From: an uncultured Acidobacteriota bacterium
Lineage (GTDB): Bacteria; Acidobacteriota; Thermoanaerobaculia; UBA5066
DNA length: 64,000 bases
NCBI GenBank assembly: GCA_963721385.1
Contig: CAVRJB010000019.1
Location: forward strand, 901,513 to 965,512
Reading direction: 5' to 3'
The stretch's first letter is position 1. Each line of letters begins with the position of its first letter. The notes beneath the pieces were generated by a model, which had not been told where the DNA came from, did no database searches, and saw only the letters and a program-made list of their open reading frames with translations. Position numbers and translations under genes: made by a program. This document shows positions 21,488 through 32,327 of the stretch, in pieces.

Positions 21488-22603
21488 CTACGCCGTCGTC
21501 TTCCGGAAGCGGAAGACCGCGACGCCGACGATGAGGACGGTGTAGACGACGAGGGCGGCGACGGGCTGCCAGAGGTCGGCGAGGCCCGCGCCCCGGAGGA
21601 CGATGCCGCGGATCACCTCGATGAAGTACCGCGCCGGGATCAGGTAGGTCACGAGCTGGAACGCGGGGGGCATTCCGTCGATCGGGAAGACGTAGCCCGA
21701 GAGGAAGACGAACGGGAGCATGAAGAAGAACGACATCTGCATCGCCTGCATCTGCGTCTTCGCGACGGTGGAGACGAGCATGCCGAGGCCGAGGACCGCG
21801 GCAATGAAGACGAGACCGGCCGCGTAGAGACCGGCGAGGCTCCCCGCGATCGGGATGTCGAAGACGAAGCGCATCAGGGCGACGACGAGCGTCAGCTGGA
21901 AGAGGCCGATGACGAGGTACGGCAGGATCTTCCCGAGGATCAGCTCGACGCGAGTGAACGGGGTGACCTGCAGCTGCTCGAGCGTTCCGCGCTCGCGCTC
22001 GCGGACGATCGCCATCGCGGTGAACTGGATGAGGGTGAACGTCAGGAGGATGGCGATGAGTCCCGGGACGATGAAGGTCGACGTCTTGAGGTCGGGGTTG
22101 TACCAGGCGCGGACGCGAAGGTCGACGGGGAGGGCGTCGGACCGCCAGCCGGCGCGGCGGGCGAGGGTGGCGATGGAGAGCTGCATGGCGACGCCGCCCG
22201 CCACCCCCATCGCCTGGCTGGACACGACCGTGTCCGAGGCGTTGACGACGAGGAGGGCTTCGGCCGCCCGTCCGCTCCGCCGGCTCTTTCCGTAGTCCCG
22301 GTCGATGACGAGGCCGACCGAGGCTCGCGCGGCGTCCAGCTCGCGCCTCATCTCGTCGAAGGAGTCGACGGATCCGAGGACGCGGAAGTAGCCGCTCGCG
22401 GCGAGCTTCGCGACGAGCTCGCGGCTCTCGAAGGAGCCGTCCTCGTCGAAGACGACCGACTTCAGGCGCTTGACGTCGTAGTCGATCGCGAAGCCGAAGA
22501 TGATCGTCTGCATGACCGGGATCAGGACGATCATCCGGAGCGTCACGCGGTCGCGCGACAGCTGAAGGAACTCCTTCCGGATGAGAGCGAGCAGGCGCCT
22601 CAC
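21488..22603 (-). CDS. ABC-2 type transporter permease (YbhR/YbhS-like)
   Basis: C-terminal 371 aa of ORF 21488..23881, from GTG 22603 (VRRLLALIRKEFLQLSRDRVTL...). GTGA overlap with the upstream permease. About 6 TM segments; paralogous to the next gene. Confidence 0.85.
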   Translation of the reverse strand: MRRLLALIRKEFLQLSRDRVTLRMIVLIPVMQTIIFGFAIDYDVKRLKSVVFDEDGSFESRELVAKLAASGYFRVLGSVDSFDEMRRELDAARASVGLVIDRDYGKSRRSGRAAEALLVVNASDTVVSSQAMGVAGGVAMQLSIATLARRAGWRSDALPVDLRVRAWYNPDLKTSTFIVPGLIAILLTFTLIQFTAMAIVRERERGTLEQLQVTPFTRVELILGKILPYLVIGLFQLTLVVALMRFVFDIPIAGSLAGLYAAGLVFIAAVLGLGMLVSTVAKTQMQAMQMSFFFMLPFVFLSGYVFPIDGMPPAFQLVTYLIPARYFIEVIRGIVLRGAGLADLWQPVAALVVYTVLIVGVAVFRFRKTTA

Positions 22604-23715
22604 GCGGCCCTCTTCCGGAACTTCAGCGCCGCCGCGCCGACGATGAGAACGGCGTACAGGAGGAGGAGGGCGACGGGGCGCCAGAGGTCGAGGAGGCCGG
22701 CGCCGCGGAGGACGATGCCCCGGATCACCTCGATGAAGTAGCGCGCCGGGACGAGATAGGTGACGAGCTGGAAGATCCGCGGCATCCCGTCGATCGGGAA
22801 GACGTATCCCGAGAGGAAGACGAACGGGAGCATGAAGAAGAAGGAGAGCTGGATCGCCTGCATCTGCGTCTTCGCGGCGGTGGAGACGAGCATCCCGAGG
22901 CCGAGGACGCAGAAGATGAAGACGATCCCGGCCGCGTAGAGGGCGGCGACGCTCCCGGCGATCTCGATGTCGAAGACGAATCGCATCAGCCCCGTGACGA
23001 GCGTCAGCTGGAAGAGGCCGATCAGGAGGAACGGGAGGATCTTCCCGACGATGAGGCTGAGGCGCGAGACGGGGGAGAGCTGGAGCTGCTCGAGCGTGCC
23101 GCGCTCCTGCTCCCGGACGATCGCCACGGCCGTGAAGGGAATCAGCGTGAAGGTGAGGATGAGGGCGAGAAGGCCGGGGATGACGAACGTGGCCGTCCGG
23201 AGGTCCGGGTTGTACCAGGCGCGGACGCGGAGGTCGACCGGCGGCGCGGCGTCCTGCCAGGCCGCCTTCCGGATCAGGACGCCGGCGGAGAGCTGGCGCG
23301 CGACTCCGGAGGCGACCGCGATGGCCTGTCCCGAGACGACGTTGTCGGAGCCGTTGACGACGAGGAGGGCGCGCGCGGGGACGCCGCGCCGCAGGTTCCG
23401 GCCGAAGTCGCGGTCGATCACGAGACCCACGGAGGCATGGGCGGCGTCCAGCTCGCGCCCCATCTCGGAAAGGGACGGGACGAACTTCACGATCTTGAAG
23501 TAGTCGCTCGACGTCAGCCGCGCCACCAGCTCGCGGCTCTCGTACGAGCGGCTCTCGTCCACGACGACGGTCGGGAGGTGCTTGACGTCGAAGTTGATGG
23601 CGTAGCCGAAGAGGAGCGTCTGGAAGATCGGGATGAAGAAGATGAGCCTCACCGTGATCGGGTCGCGCCGGAGGTGGGCGAACTCCTTCCAGACGAGGGT
23701 CAGGAGGCGCTTCAC
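22600..23715 (-). CDS. ABC-2 type transporter permease (YbhS/YbhR-like)
   Basis: C-terminal 371 aa of ORF 22600..24747, from GTG 23715 (VKRLLTLVWKEFAHLRRDPITV...). GTGA overlap with the ATPase stop. Confidence 0.85.
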   Translation of the reverse strand: MKRLLTLVWKEFAHLRRDPITVRLIFFIPIFQTLLFGYAINFDVKHLPTVVVDESRSYESRELVARLTSSDYFKIVKFVPSLSEMGRELDAAHASVGLVIDRDFGRNLRRGVPARALLVVNGSDNVVSGQAIAVASGVARQLSAGVLIRKAAWQDAAPPVDLRVRAWYNPDLRTATFVIPGLLALILTFTLIPFTAVAIVREQERGTLEQLQLSPVSRLSLIVGKILPFLLIGLFQLTLVTGLMRFVFDIEIAGSVAALYAAGIVFIFCVLGLGMLVSTAAKTQMQAIQLSFFFMLPFVFLSGYVFPIDGMPRIFQLVTYLVPARYFIEVIRGIVLRGAGLLDLWRPVALLLLYAVLIVGAAALKFRKRAA

Positions 23716-24647
23716 GCGGCGGCTCCCCGCTCGCTCCTCTGGCGCGCCAGCGAGACGAAGACGTCCTCGAGGGACGGTTCGGCAGGCTCGGGGGGGCCGG
23801 ACCTGCCGAGGAGGCGCATCGCGGACTCTCCGGCACCGGGGCGTGCCACGGCCCGCAGCCGCGTGCCGAAGAGATACGCATCCTCGAGCGCGGCGTCGCC
23901 GCGGACCGCGGCGAGGGCCGCGAACGGCTCGGATCCGGCGGCCACCTCGAAGAGGCGGCCGGCCAGTCCTTCCTTCAGGTCGGGCGGCGTCCCCTCGGCG
24001 ATCAGTTCCCCCTCGAGGAGGAAGGCGAGGCGGTCGCACTGCTCCGCTTCGTCCATGTAGTGCGTCGTGACGAGGACGGTCATCCCGCGCCCCGCGGCCA
24101 GCTCGTAGATGAGATCCCAGAAGATCCGCCGCCCCTTCGGGTCGACGCCCCCCGTCGGCTCGTCGAGGAAGAGGAGCTCCGGCTCGTGGAGGAGCGAAGC
24201 GGCGAGGGCGACGCGCTGGCGCCAGCCGGTCGAGAGCGACTCGGTCAGATCGCGGCGGAGGCGCGAGAAGCCGAGCCGTTCGGACAGCTCGCCGATCCGG
24301 TCCGGGAGGCGGGCGTTCGAGAGGCCGTAGGCCGCGCCGAAGAACCGGAGGTTCTCCTCCACGGTCAGGTCGAGGTAGAGGGAGAACTTCTGGCTCATGT
24401 AGCCGAGCCGCGTCTTCCAGCGGTCGGTGTCTCGGACGACGTCGAGCCCGCCGAGACCCGTCACGGTGCCGGCCGTGGGCGCGAGGAGGCCCGTCAGCAT
24501 CCGGATCGTCGTCGACTTTCCGGACCCGTTCGGGCCGAGGAATCCGAAGACCTTCCCGCGCGGAATGTCGAAGCTGACGCCGTTGACCGCCGTGAAGTCG
24601 CCGAAGCGCCGCGTCAGGGAGCGGACGGTGACGGCGGCGTCGCTCAC
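23712..24647 (-). CDS. ABC transporter ATP-binding protein
   Basis: ORF 23712..24647, 311 aa. Walker A GPNGSGKST, signature LSTGWRQR, Walker B LLFLDEPT. Confidence 0.9.
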   Translation of the reverse strand: MSDAAVTVRSLTRRFGDFTAVNGVSFDIPRGKVFGFLGPNGSGKSTTIRMLTGLLAPTAGTVTGLGGLDVVRDTDRWKTRLGYMSQKFSLYLDLTVEENLRFFGAAYGLSNARLPDRIGELSERLGFSRLRRDLTESLSTGWRQRVALAASLLHEPELLFLDEPTGGVDPKGRRIFWDLIYELAAGRGMTVLVTTHYMDEAEQCDRLAFLLEGELIAEGTPPDLKEGLAGRLFEVAAGSEPFAALAAVRGDAALEDAYLFGTRLRAVARPGAGESAMRLLGRSGPPEPAEPSLEDVFVSLARQRSERGAAA

Positions 24648-25528
24648 GCGTCCTCGCTCCGGAGGACGAAGACGTCTTCCAGCGACGGCGGGATGCGGCG
24701 AATGTCCCCGCCCGGGACGAGGCCCTCGAGGGCCCTCGTGATCTCACGTTCGAAGACCTCTTCCGTCTTCTCTTTCCCGCGGGCGTGAAGGCGGGTTCCG
24801 AAGAGCGAGACGTCGTCCACGATCGGGAGCTTCGCGAGGAGCGCTCGGGCGGCGAGGCGGTCGCCGGTCCGGATCTCCACGAGGGGGCGGGGGTAGAGGG
24901 CCAGGATCTCGTCGCGCGTCCCGACCGCCGCGAGACGCCCCCGGTCGAGGAAGCCGATCCGCGTCGCGTACTCGGCCTCGTCCATGTAGGGCGTCGAGAC
25001 GAGGATCGTCAGCCCCTCCGCGTGGAGCTGGTTCAGGAGGAGCCAGAACTCGCGCCGCGAAACGGGGTCGACGCCGGTCGTCGGCTCGTCGAGGAGGAGG
25101 AGGTCGGGCCGCGTCAGGAGCGCCGCGACGAGCGAGAGCTTCTGCTTCATCCCGCCCGAGAGCGCGCCCGCGAGGCGGCGGCCGACGCCCGAGAGCCCCA
25201 CCCTCGAAAGAAGGGCGGCCGCGCGCTCGCGCGCCTCGCCGTCCGGGATCGCGTACATCCTCGACCGGAGGAGGAGGTTCTCGTCGACGGAGAGGTCCTC
25301 GTAGAGCGAGAAGCGCTGCGGCACCATGCCGAGCGTCCCGCCCTTCTCGACTTCGACCGTGCCGCTCGTCGGCGCGAGGAGGCCGGCGACGCAGCGGAAG
25401 AACGTCGTCTTTCCAGCGCCGTCGGGGCCGATCAGGGCGAAGAGCTCCCCGCTCGCGACGGAGAGGTCGACGCCGCCGAGCGCCTTCACGGCGCCGAAGC
25501 GCCGCGTGAGGGCCTTCGCCTCGATCAT
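24644..25528 (-). CDS. ABC transporter ATP-binding protein
   Basis: C-terminal 294 aa of ORF 24644..26455, from ATG 25528 (MIEAKALTRRFG...). Walker A GPDGAGKTT, signature LSGGMKQK, Walker B LLLLDEPT. ATGA overlap with HlyD. Confidence 0.9.
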   Translation of the reverse strand: MIEAKALTRRFGAVKALGGVDLSVASGELFALIGPDGAGKTTFFRCVAGLLAPTSGTVEVEKGGTLGMVPQRFSLYEDLSVDENLLLRSRMYAIPDGEARERAAALLSRVGLSGVGRRLAGALSGGMKQKLSLVAALLTRPDLLLLDEPTTGVDPVSRREFWLLLNQLHAEGLTILVSTPYMDEAEYATRIGFLDRGRLAAVGTRDEILALYPRPLVEIRTGDRLAARALLAKLPIVDDVSLFGTRLHARGKEKTEEVFEREITRALEGLVPGGDIRRIPPSLEDVFVLRSEDA

Positions 25529-26502
25529 TTTGCCGGGAGCGCGGCCGTCACGGCGACCTCGGCGGGCTGTCCCGGCACCAGAGGCTCGCTCCATCCGCCG
25601 TCGAGGTCCACCTTCGCCGCGTAGACGAGGTTCACGCGCTCGCGGCGCGTCTCCACGGGCTTCGGCGTGAACTCGGCGTCGGGGGAGATCTCGGTGACGC
25701 GGCCGGGAAAGCGCCGGCCGGGGAACGCGTCGACCGTCACCTCGGCGGGCTGCCCCGGCTTCACGCGGCCGAGCTGCGTCTCGGGGACGAAGGTCCGGAC
25801 GTAGAGGCGGTTCGCGAAGGCCATTGTCAGCGCGGGCGACCCGGGGCCGAGCAGGAGCCCCGGCTCGGCCATCCGGTGGAGGACGACGCCGTCGGCCGGC
25901 GCGCGGATCTCGCTCTCCTTCGCGACCGACTCGGATTGCTTGAGGACGCTCTTCGCCCGGTCGACGTCGAACCGCGCCTGCTCGGTCTGGTACTTCCGGA
26001 AGCCCTCGTGGAGGAGTTTCAGTTTTTCCTCGCTCATCCTGAGGTTGGCCTGCGCGCGTTCCAGAGTGGTGCGCGCCACGTCGACGTCGCGAGGAGTTCC
26101 GACTTTCTTCGAAAGAAGGACCTGCTGGCGCTCGAGCTCCGGCTTCGCGAGTTCGACCGCGGCTTTTCGATCGGCGACTTCCTGCTCGGCGGCTCGAAGC
26201 TCGGCGTCCCGGCTTCCGACCTTCAGGTCCTCGAAGCGTGCCGTCGCGGACTGCACGCCCTGCCTGTCGCGCTCGACGGCGATCGCGGTCTCGCCGAGGT
26301 CGAGCTTCACCAGCACGTCGCCGGCCTTCACCCGGTCCCCCTCGCGGACGAGGACCTCGACGACGCGTCCTGCCACCTTCGGCGCGAGGTCGACCAGCGG
26401 CGCCTCGAGGCGGCCGTTCAGCCGGACGACGTTCGGGTCGTCCTTCCGGCCGCACGCCGCGGTGAGGAGAGCGAGGGCGAGCAGGAGGGCGAGGCGTCTC
26501 AT
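25525..26502 (-). CDS. HlyD-family membrane fusion lipoprotein (YbhG-like)
   Basis: ORF 25525..26502, 325 aa. Lipobox LLTAAC, biotinyl-lipoyl-like hairpin (VREGDRVKAGDVLVKLD), coiled coil, beta-barrel domain. Confidence 0.85.
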   Translation of the reverse strand: MRRLALLLALALLTAACGRKDDPNVVRLNGRLEAPLVDLAPKVAGRVVEVLVREGDRVKAGDVLVKLDLGETAIAVERDRQGVQSATARFEDLKVGSRDAELRAAEQEVADRKAAVELAKPELERQQVLLSKKVGTPRDVDVARTTLERAQANLRMSEEKLKLLHEGFRKYQTEQARFDVDRAKSVLKQSESVAKESEIRAPADGVVLHRMAEPGLLLGPGSPALTMAFANRLYVRTFVPETQLGRVKPGQPAEVTVDAFPGRRFPGRVTEISPDAEFTPKPVETRRERVNLVYAAKVDLDGGWSEPLVPGQPAEVAVTAALPAK

Positions 26503-26506
26503 CGCG

Positions 26507-29500
26507 TCAGGCCTGCGGTTTCACGAAGAGGCCGGAGACGCTGACCTCGCGCGCGGGCGTTGCAGGAGCCGGCCGCCGCCGGAAGAGCCGGGCGAGGGCC
26601 TGCTGGACGTCGTCGAAAAGGGAGTAGGCGACGGGCGTCGCGAGGAGCGTCAGGAGGAGCGCGAGCGTCTGTCCACCCGCGATGACCGAGCCGATGGCGC
26701 GGTTCGTCCCGGCGCCGGGGCCCGAGGAGACGACGAGGGGAAGCATGCCGGCGACGAAGGCCATCGTCGTCATCAGGATGGGGCGAAGCCGCTCTCGGCT
26801 CGCCTCGACGACCGCCTCGTCGCGGTCCATGCCGCGCTCGCGGAGCTGGTTCGCGAACTCCACCTGCAGAATGCCGTTCTTCTTCACGACCCCGAAGAGG
26901 ACCAGGATGCCGAGCGACGTGAAGATGTTGACCGACTGCCCGAAGACGAGAATCGCGAGGAGGGCGAACGGGACGGTCAGCGGCAGCGCCACGAGGATCG
27001 TGATCGGGTGGAGCCAGCTCTCGAACTGCGCGGCGAGGATCAGGTACATGAAGATGAACGAGAGGCCGAACGCGAGAAGGAAGTTCTGCGCGGCGCGCCC
27101 TTGCTCCTTCGACCGCCCGATGAACCGGGTCGTGTAGGCCGGGTCGAGGTTCATCGCCTTCGTCTCCTTGACCAGGAGGTCGATCGCATTCTGCGACGAA
27201 TAGCCCGGGAGCATGTTGGCGAAGATCGTGACTTGCCGCCGCCGGTTCAGCCGGTTGATCTCGGAGGGGCCGGTGCCGGGCCGGGCCGTGGTGACGTCGT
27301 CGAGCGGGACTCCCCCGAGACGGACCGAGGGGACGTTGAACCTTCGGAGCGTCGACCGGTCGGTCCGGTCCTCGGGCCGCGCCTGGAGCCAGACGTCGTA
27401 CTGCTCTCCGCCGTCGTCGAAGGCGCTCGCCTTCTCGCCGCCGACGAGGATCCGCAGCGTATCGGCCACGTCGGACACGGAGACGCCGAGGTCGGACGCC
27501 TTCGAGCGCGCCACGGTGACGCCGATCTCGGGCTTGCCGAAGATGAGGGACGAATCGACGTCGACGATGCCGGGCACCTTCTCGAGCTTCTTCTGCAGCG
27601 CGTCCGAGATCTCGGCGAGGCGCTTCAGGTCCGGCCCGTTGATGACGAACATGATCTCCGTGTTCTTGACGCCGCCCGAGAACGCGTTCACGTAGCTGAC
27701 GTCCGTCCGGAGCTTCTGGTCCGCGTACCTCGGCAGCACGTCCTTCCGGACGAGGTTCATGACGGTCGTCTGGCTTTCCTTCCGCTTCTTCACGCCCGCG
27801 AGCTTCACGTAGACGCTCCCGACGTTCGCCGTCCGTTTGGCGTCGCCGGCGACGGTCGTCAGCGTCGACACGACGCCGGGGAGCTCCTGGATGTCCCGGG
27901 CGATCCGGGTGCCGAGGAGGCCGGTCGCCTCGAGGGAGGTCCCCTCGGGGGCGCGGAAGTTCACCTCGAACTGCGACTCGTCGTCGTAGGGGAGGAAGTT
28001 CTTCGGCACCTTCATGAAGAGCGGAACGACCGAGACGAGGGCGAGAGCACAGATCAGGACGATCGCCCAGCGGTGCGCCATCGACCACCGGAGCATCGCG
28101 ATGTAGGCGCGGTCGACGAAACGGTAGAAGCCGCGGTCCTTCGAGCCCCCCCCGTCCGCCTTCTTCGGGTCGCGCTTCAGAAGACGTGCCGAGAGCATCG
28201 GCGTCAGGGAGAACGAGACGAGGAGCGAGACGAGGATGGCAAACGCCATCGTGAGCCCGAAGGAGTTCATGAACCGGCCGACGATTCCTCCCATGAAGGC
28301 GACGGGGAGGAAGACCGCGACCAGCGAGAGCGTCGTCGCGAGGACCGCCAGCCCGATCTCCTTCGTCGCGTCGATGGCGGCCTGGAACGGCGCGACCTTC
28401 TTCTCCTCGATGAACCGGAAGATGTTCTCGAGGACGACGATGGCGTCGTCGATGACGATGCCGACGGCGAGGGTCAGCGCGAGGAGCGTCAGGACGTTCA
28501 GCGTGAAGCCCATCGCATACATGAGCGCGTAGGTCGCCACGATCGAGGTCGGGATCGCGACGGCCGCGATGAGCGTCGACCGGAGGTTCCCGAGGAAGAG
28601 GAGGACCACGAGAGCGGCGAGGAACCCGCCCAGGAGGAGGTGCTCCTGGACCGTGTGGACGGCCGCGATGATGAACTGCGACTGGTCGCGGACGATCTCG
28701 AAGGAATAGCCGGCCGGGAGCTGCGGGGCGAGCTCGGCGAGGCGCGCCTTGACGCGGTCGACGACCTCGATCGTGTTCGTCCCGGACTGCTTCCGGACGG
28801 AGAGGACGACCGTCGGGACGCCGTCCTTTGCGGCGACGGTCTTCGCGTCCTCGACGCCGTCCTCGATGGCGGCCACGTCGCCGATCCGGATCGGCAGGCC
28901 GTTCTTCTCGGTGATGACGACCGATTCCAGCTCCTTCGGGTCGGACGACCCGCCCGTAGACACGGACGGTGGCCTCGATCGCCCCGGACTTGAGCGTCCC
29001 GCCGGGGATCTTGACGTTTTCTCTCTGGAGCGTGCGGCGGACGTCGACGGCCGAGAGGCCGTACGCCTTCAGCCGCTCGGCGTCGAGGAGGACGTTGATC
29101 CGGCGCGAGCGGCCGCCGAGGATCGTGACCTGCCCGACGCCGTCGATCGACTCGATCTGCCGGCGGAAGACCTTGTCGGCGAACTCGGTCGTCTCGCGGA
29201 GCGACCGCTTCCCGGTGAGGGCGACGCTCAGAATCGGCGTCGCGTCCGGGTCGAGCTTCTCGACGATCGGCGGGTCGATCCCCTTCGGCAGGTCGCCGAG
29301 GACGCGGCTCACCTTGTCCCGGACCTCCTGCGCGGCGACGTCGACGTTCTTCTCGAGGATGAACGTCACGAGGATCTGCGAGATCCCCTCGGCGGAGGTC
29401 GACTGGAGCTCGTCGATGCCCGCGATCGTGTTGACCGATTCCTCGATCTTGTCGGTGATCTCGGTCTCCACCTCCTCGGGCGCGGCGCCGTCGAGGCGGG

Positions 29501-29648
29501 TCAGGACGCTGATCGTGGGGAAGTCGACCTTGGGGTAGCGGTCGGTGCCGAGGCGGCTGTAGCCGACGCCGCCGACGACGATGAGCGCCAGGATGAGGAC
29601 CGAGGCGAAGACGGGCCGGCGGACGCAGAGACGGGCGAGGGCCTGCAT
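26507..29648 (-). CDS. RND efflux pump inner-membrane permease (AcrB/HAE1-like), one apparent +1 frameshift
   Basis: N-terminal ~230 aa in ORF 26499..29648 (MQALARLCVRRPVFASVLILALIVVGGVGYSRL...IEATVRVYGRV). The rest is in ORF 26507..28963 (DPKELESVVITEKNGLPIRIGDVA...). The junction at ~28943 is explained by one extra G/C. Confidence 0.85.
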
Positions 29649-29670
29649 GGCGATTCCTTTCCCCGCTCCG

Positions 29671-30741
29671 TCAGCGGGCCACGGCGAGGCCGTCGGTCAG
29701 GCGACGGTCCGGGGAGACGACGACGCGCTCGCCGGCGGAGAGACCCGAACGGACCTCCACGAGGTCGCCGCGAGGCTCGCCGAGGGAGACGAGGCGTTCG
29801 GAGACGCGGTCGGGGCCGAGGACGAAGGCGCGCGAGACGCCCGCCTCGGTCACGACGGCCGACCTCGGCGCGAGGAGTGTCGGCACCGTGGTCGGCAATT
29901 CGATTTCGGCCGTCACGAAGAGTCCGGGCTTCAGGAGCCGGCCCGGGTTCGGGACGAGCGCCTCGACGACGAGCGTCCGGGCCTCGGAGCGGAGCGACGG
30001 GCCGATGTAGGCGATCCGCCCCTCGAACGGACGGTCCGGAAACGTCTGGACCGAGAGCCGGACGATCTGGCCCACCTTGACCGCACCGACCGCGGACTCG
30101 GGGATCGAAAGCTCGGCGCGGAGCGGCTCGACCTTCACGAGCCCCGCGACCGGCTGGCCGCGCTTGACGAACGCTCCCTCCGAGATCTTCTTTTCCGTCA
30201 CGAGGCCGGCGAAGGGCGCGCGGATGACGCAGTCCTGGAAGGCTTTCTCCGCGAGAGTCAGCGACGCCTGCGCGAGGTCGAGGTCGATCCCCTTCCGCTG
30301 GTCCTCCGCCTTCGCGACGACCTGCTTCTGGCGGAGCTCGGCGTAGCGGGCCACCTCGGCCTTCGCCCAGGCGAGGTTCGCCTTCGCCTGCTCGAGCGTG
30401 GCTCTTGCCTCACGGTCGTCGAGCTCGGCGAGGACGGCGCCCTTGTCGACGAACGAGCCCCTCTCGACGAGGACGCGGGCGACACGGCTGTCCCGCTCGG
30501 ACGACACGTCGGCGGTCTCGTCGGCGACGAGGGCGCCGGTGACGGCGAGGATTCGGGGCAGAGTCTTCTGTTCGACGGGCGCTGAGGTCACGTGGATCGG
30601 CTCCGGCGTCGGCGCGGCCTGCGCCGGCGCGCCGCCGGCTTTCGCGCAGCCGACGGTGACGGCGAGGGTCGCCGCGAGCGAAAAGAGAACGATGAGGAGG
30701 GCCGCATTTCGGTTCGGGCGGGCCAGGGTCGTCGCGTTCAC
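29671..30741 (-). CDS. RND efflux periplasmic adaptor (membrane fusion protein, AcrA-like)
   Basis: ORF 29671..30741, 356 aa. Lipobox VTVGC; typical MFP lipoyl, hairpin and barrel sequence order. Confidence 0.85.
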   Translation of the reverse strand: MNATTLARPNRNAALLIVLFSLAATLAVTVGCAKAGGAPAQAAPTPEPIHVTSAPVEQKTLPRILAVTGALVADETADVSSERDSRVARVLVERGSFVDKGAVLAELDDREARATLEQAKANLAWAKAEVARYAELRQKQVVAKAEDQRKGIDLDLAQASLTLAEKAFQDCVIRAPFAGLVTEKKISEGAFVKRGQPVAGLVKVEPLRAELSIPESAVGAVKVGQIVRLSVQTFPDRPFEGRIAYIGPSLRSEARTLVVEALVPNPGRLLKPGLFVTAEIELPTTVPTLLAPRSAVVTEAGVSRAFVLGPDRVSERLVSLGEPRGDLVEVRSGLSAGERVVVSPDRRLTDGLAVAR

Positions 30742-32327
30742 CGGGAGCCTCCTTCGGTCCGGATCGCGGGAACGTCTCCGGTCAGGACGATGTGGCGCTC
30801 TTCGAGGAGGGTGCCGATCGAGCGGTCGAGCGACGTCAGCGCAATCCGGTAGTCGGTCAGCGCCTGCGTCTCCGTGAACTCGGCCCGCGCCAGCTCGTTT
30901 TGGCGGGTCAGGACGAAGAAGTTCGTCGAAAGGCCGACGGCGAACCGCTCGGTCTCGGCCCGGAGCTGGATCTCCGCGGCGGCCCGGCCGGCGCGGGCCG
31001 CCTCGAGGCGCTGCGCAGCGGTTTCGAGCGTGAGGGCGGCGTTCCGGACCTCGACGGCGACGCGCTGCTTCGTCTGGTCGTAGCGGGCCGTCAGCTGCCG
31101 CTTCTGGGCCTCGGCGATGACGGCGTCCGCCTTCGCAGTCCGGTTGCCGATCGGCAGGGCGAGCGCGATCCCCACGAAGGCGTCGGGGAATTCGTTGCTC
31201 CCGATCGTCCCGAACGAGCGGCCGAGGCCGCCGACCATCGCCTCCGGGGCCGTGATCGGGGCGCCGCCGAACGAGATTGTGTTCGGGTTCGCCGTGCCGG
31301 CGAGGCCGCGCCGGCCGTAGGAGGCGACGAGGTCGAGCTGCGGCTTGATCCGGTCCATCGCGGCCTCGATTTCGACGTCCTGGCGGGCGACGAGGAGCGA
31401 GGCGTCCTGAAGCTCGGGGCGCCGTTGCTCGGCCTCGGCAAGGGCGGCGGGCAGGTCGACGCTCCGCTTCGGGGCGTCGGGCGAGTCGACCGGGTCGAGG
31501 GTGTCGTTCCAGAGCGGGTCCGCCGCGTCGGACAAGATCAGGCTCTTCAGGACGAAACCGGCCTGTTTCTCGAGTTCCTCGGCGGAAAAGAGCTCACCCT
31601 TCCGCCGCTCCACCTCGGCGACCGGCTGCGCGAGATCCGATTCGGGAAGGACGCCCGCCTCGATCCGCGCCTCGGTGTCGCCCTTCTGCGACTCGGCGAG
31701 GCCGACGCTCTTCCGGGCGACGGCCACGGTGCGCCGCGCCGCCACGAGCGACCAGTAGACGCGCTCGACCGAGGCGACCGTGTCGGAGACCGTGCGCCGG
31801 AGGGAGGCGACGGAGCGGTCCTTGTCCAGCTTCGCGATCTTGATGGCGCGCCGCGCCGGGTCGATCGAGAACCCCTGAAGGAGCGGCTGCCGGAGGTCGA
31901 TCGAGAAACCGGTCGCGTAGGCCGGCGTCAGGAGCGCGAACTGGCTCAACGCGGTGTCCCGCCAGAGGAGGCCCGAGACCGACACCGTGCCCCCGGTCGG
32001 GAGGAGCTGGGAGAGCGAAATTGCCGACGTCAGGTTCGTGTAGGCGGGGCCGAGGTCGGGGGAGATCGCACCCGAGAGCGCGGAGTTCAAAGCGTCGGTG
32101 TGGTCCCGGTACCGCGCGTCGAGCCGGAAGTTCGGGTCGTACGAGCCGTCCGCCCTCGTGAGCGACGCGCCCGCGATCTGGAACGACTGCTGCTCGATGG
32201 CGATGTCGTGGTTCTTCTTCAGGGCGAGCGCCGTCGCGTCGAAGAGCGTGATCGGCCGGTCGGCGCCGGTCGCAGGAACCGCGACTGCGGCCGCGAGCGC
32301 CGCGGCGAGGAGGGCAGCGCGCGTCAT
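30738..32327 (-). CDS. TolC-family outer membrane efflux protein
   Basis: Within ORF 30738..32624. Likely start at ATG 32327 ([21 protein letters not shown] signal). Duplicated OEP repeat pattern. 4-nt overlaps at both ends. Confidence 0.8.
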   Translation of the reverse strand: MTRAALLAAALAAAVAVPATGADRPITLFDATALALKKNHDIAIEQQSFQIAGASLTRADGSYDPNFRLDARYRDHTDALNSALSGAISPDLGPAYTNLTSAISLSQLLPTGGTVSVSGLLWRDTALSQFALLTPAYATGFSIDLRQPLLQGFSIDPARRAIKIAKLDKDRSVASLRRTVSDTVASVERVYWSLVAARRTVAVARKSVGLAESQKGDTEARIEAGVLPESDLAQPVAEVERRKGELFSAEELEKQAGFVLKSLILSDAADPLWNDTLDPVDSPDAPKRSVDLPAALAEAEQRRPELQDASLLVARQDVEIEAAMDRIKPQLDLVASYGRRGLAGTANPNTISFGGAPITAPEAMVGGLGRSFGTIGSNEFPDAFVGIALALPIGNRTAKADAVIAEAQKRQLTARYDQTKQRVAVEVRNAALTLETAAQRLEAARAGRAAAEIQLRAETERFAVGLSTNFFVLTRQNELARAEFTETQALTDYRIALTSLDRSIGTLLEERHIVLTGDVPAIRTEGGSR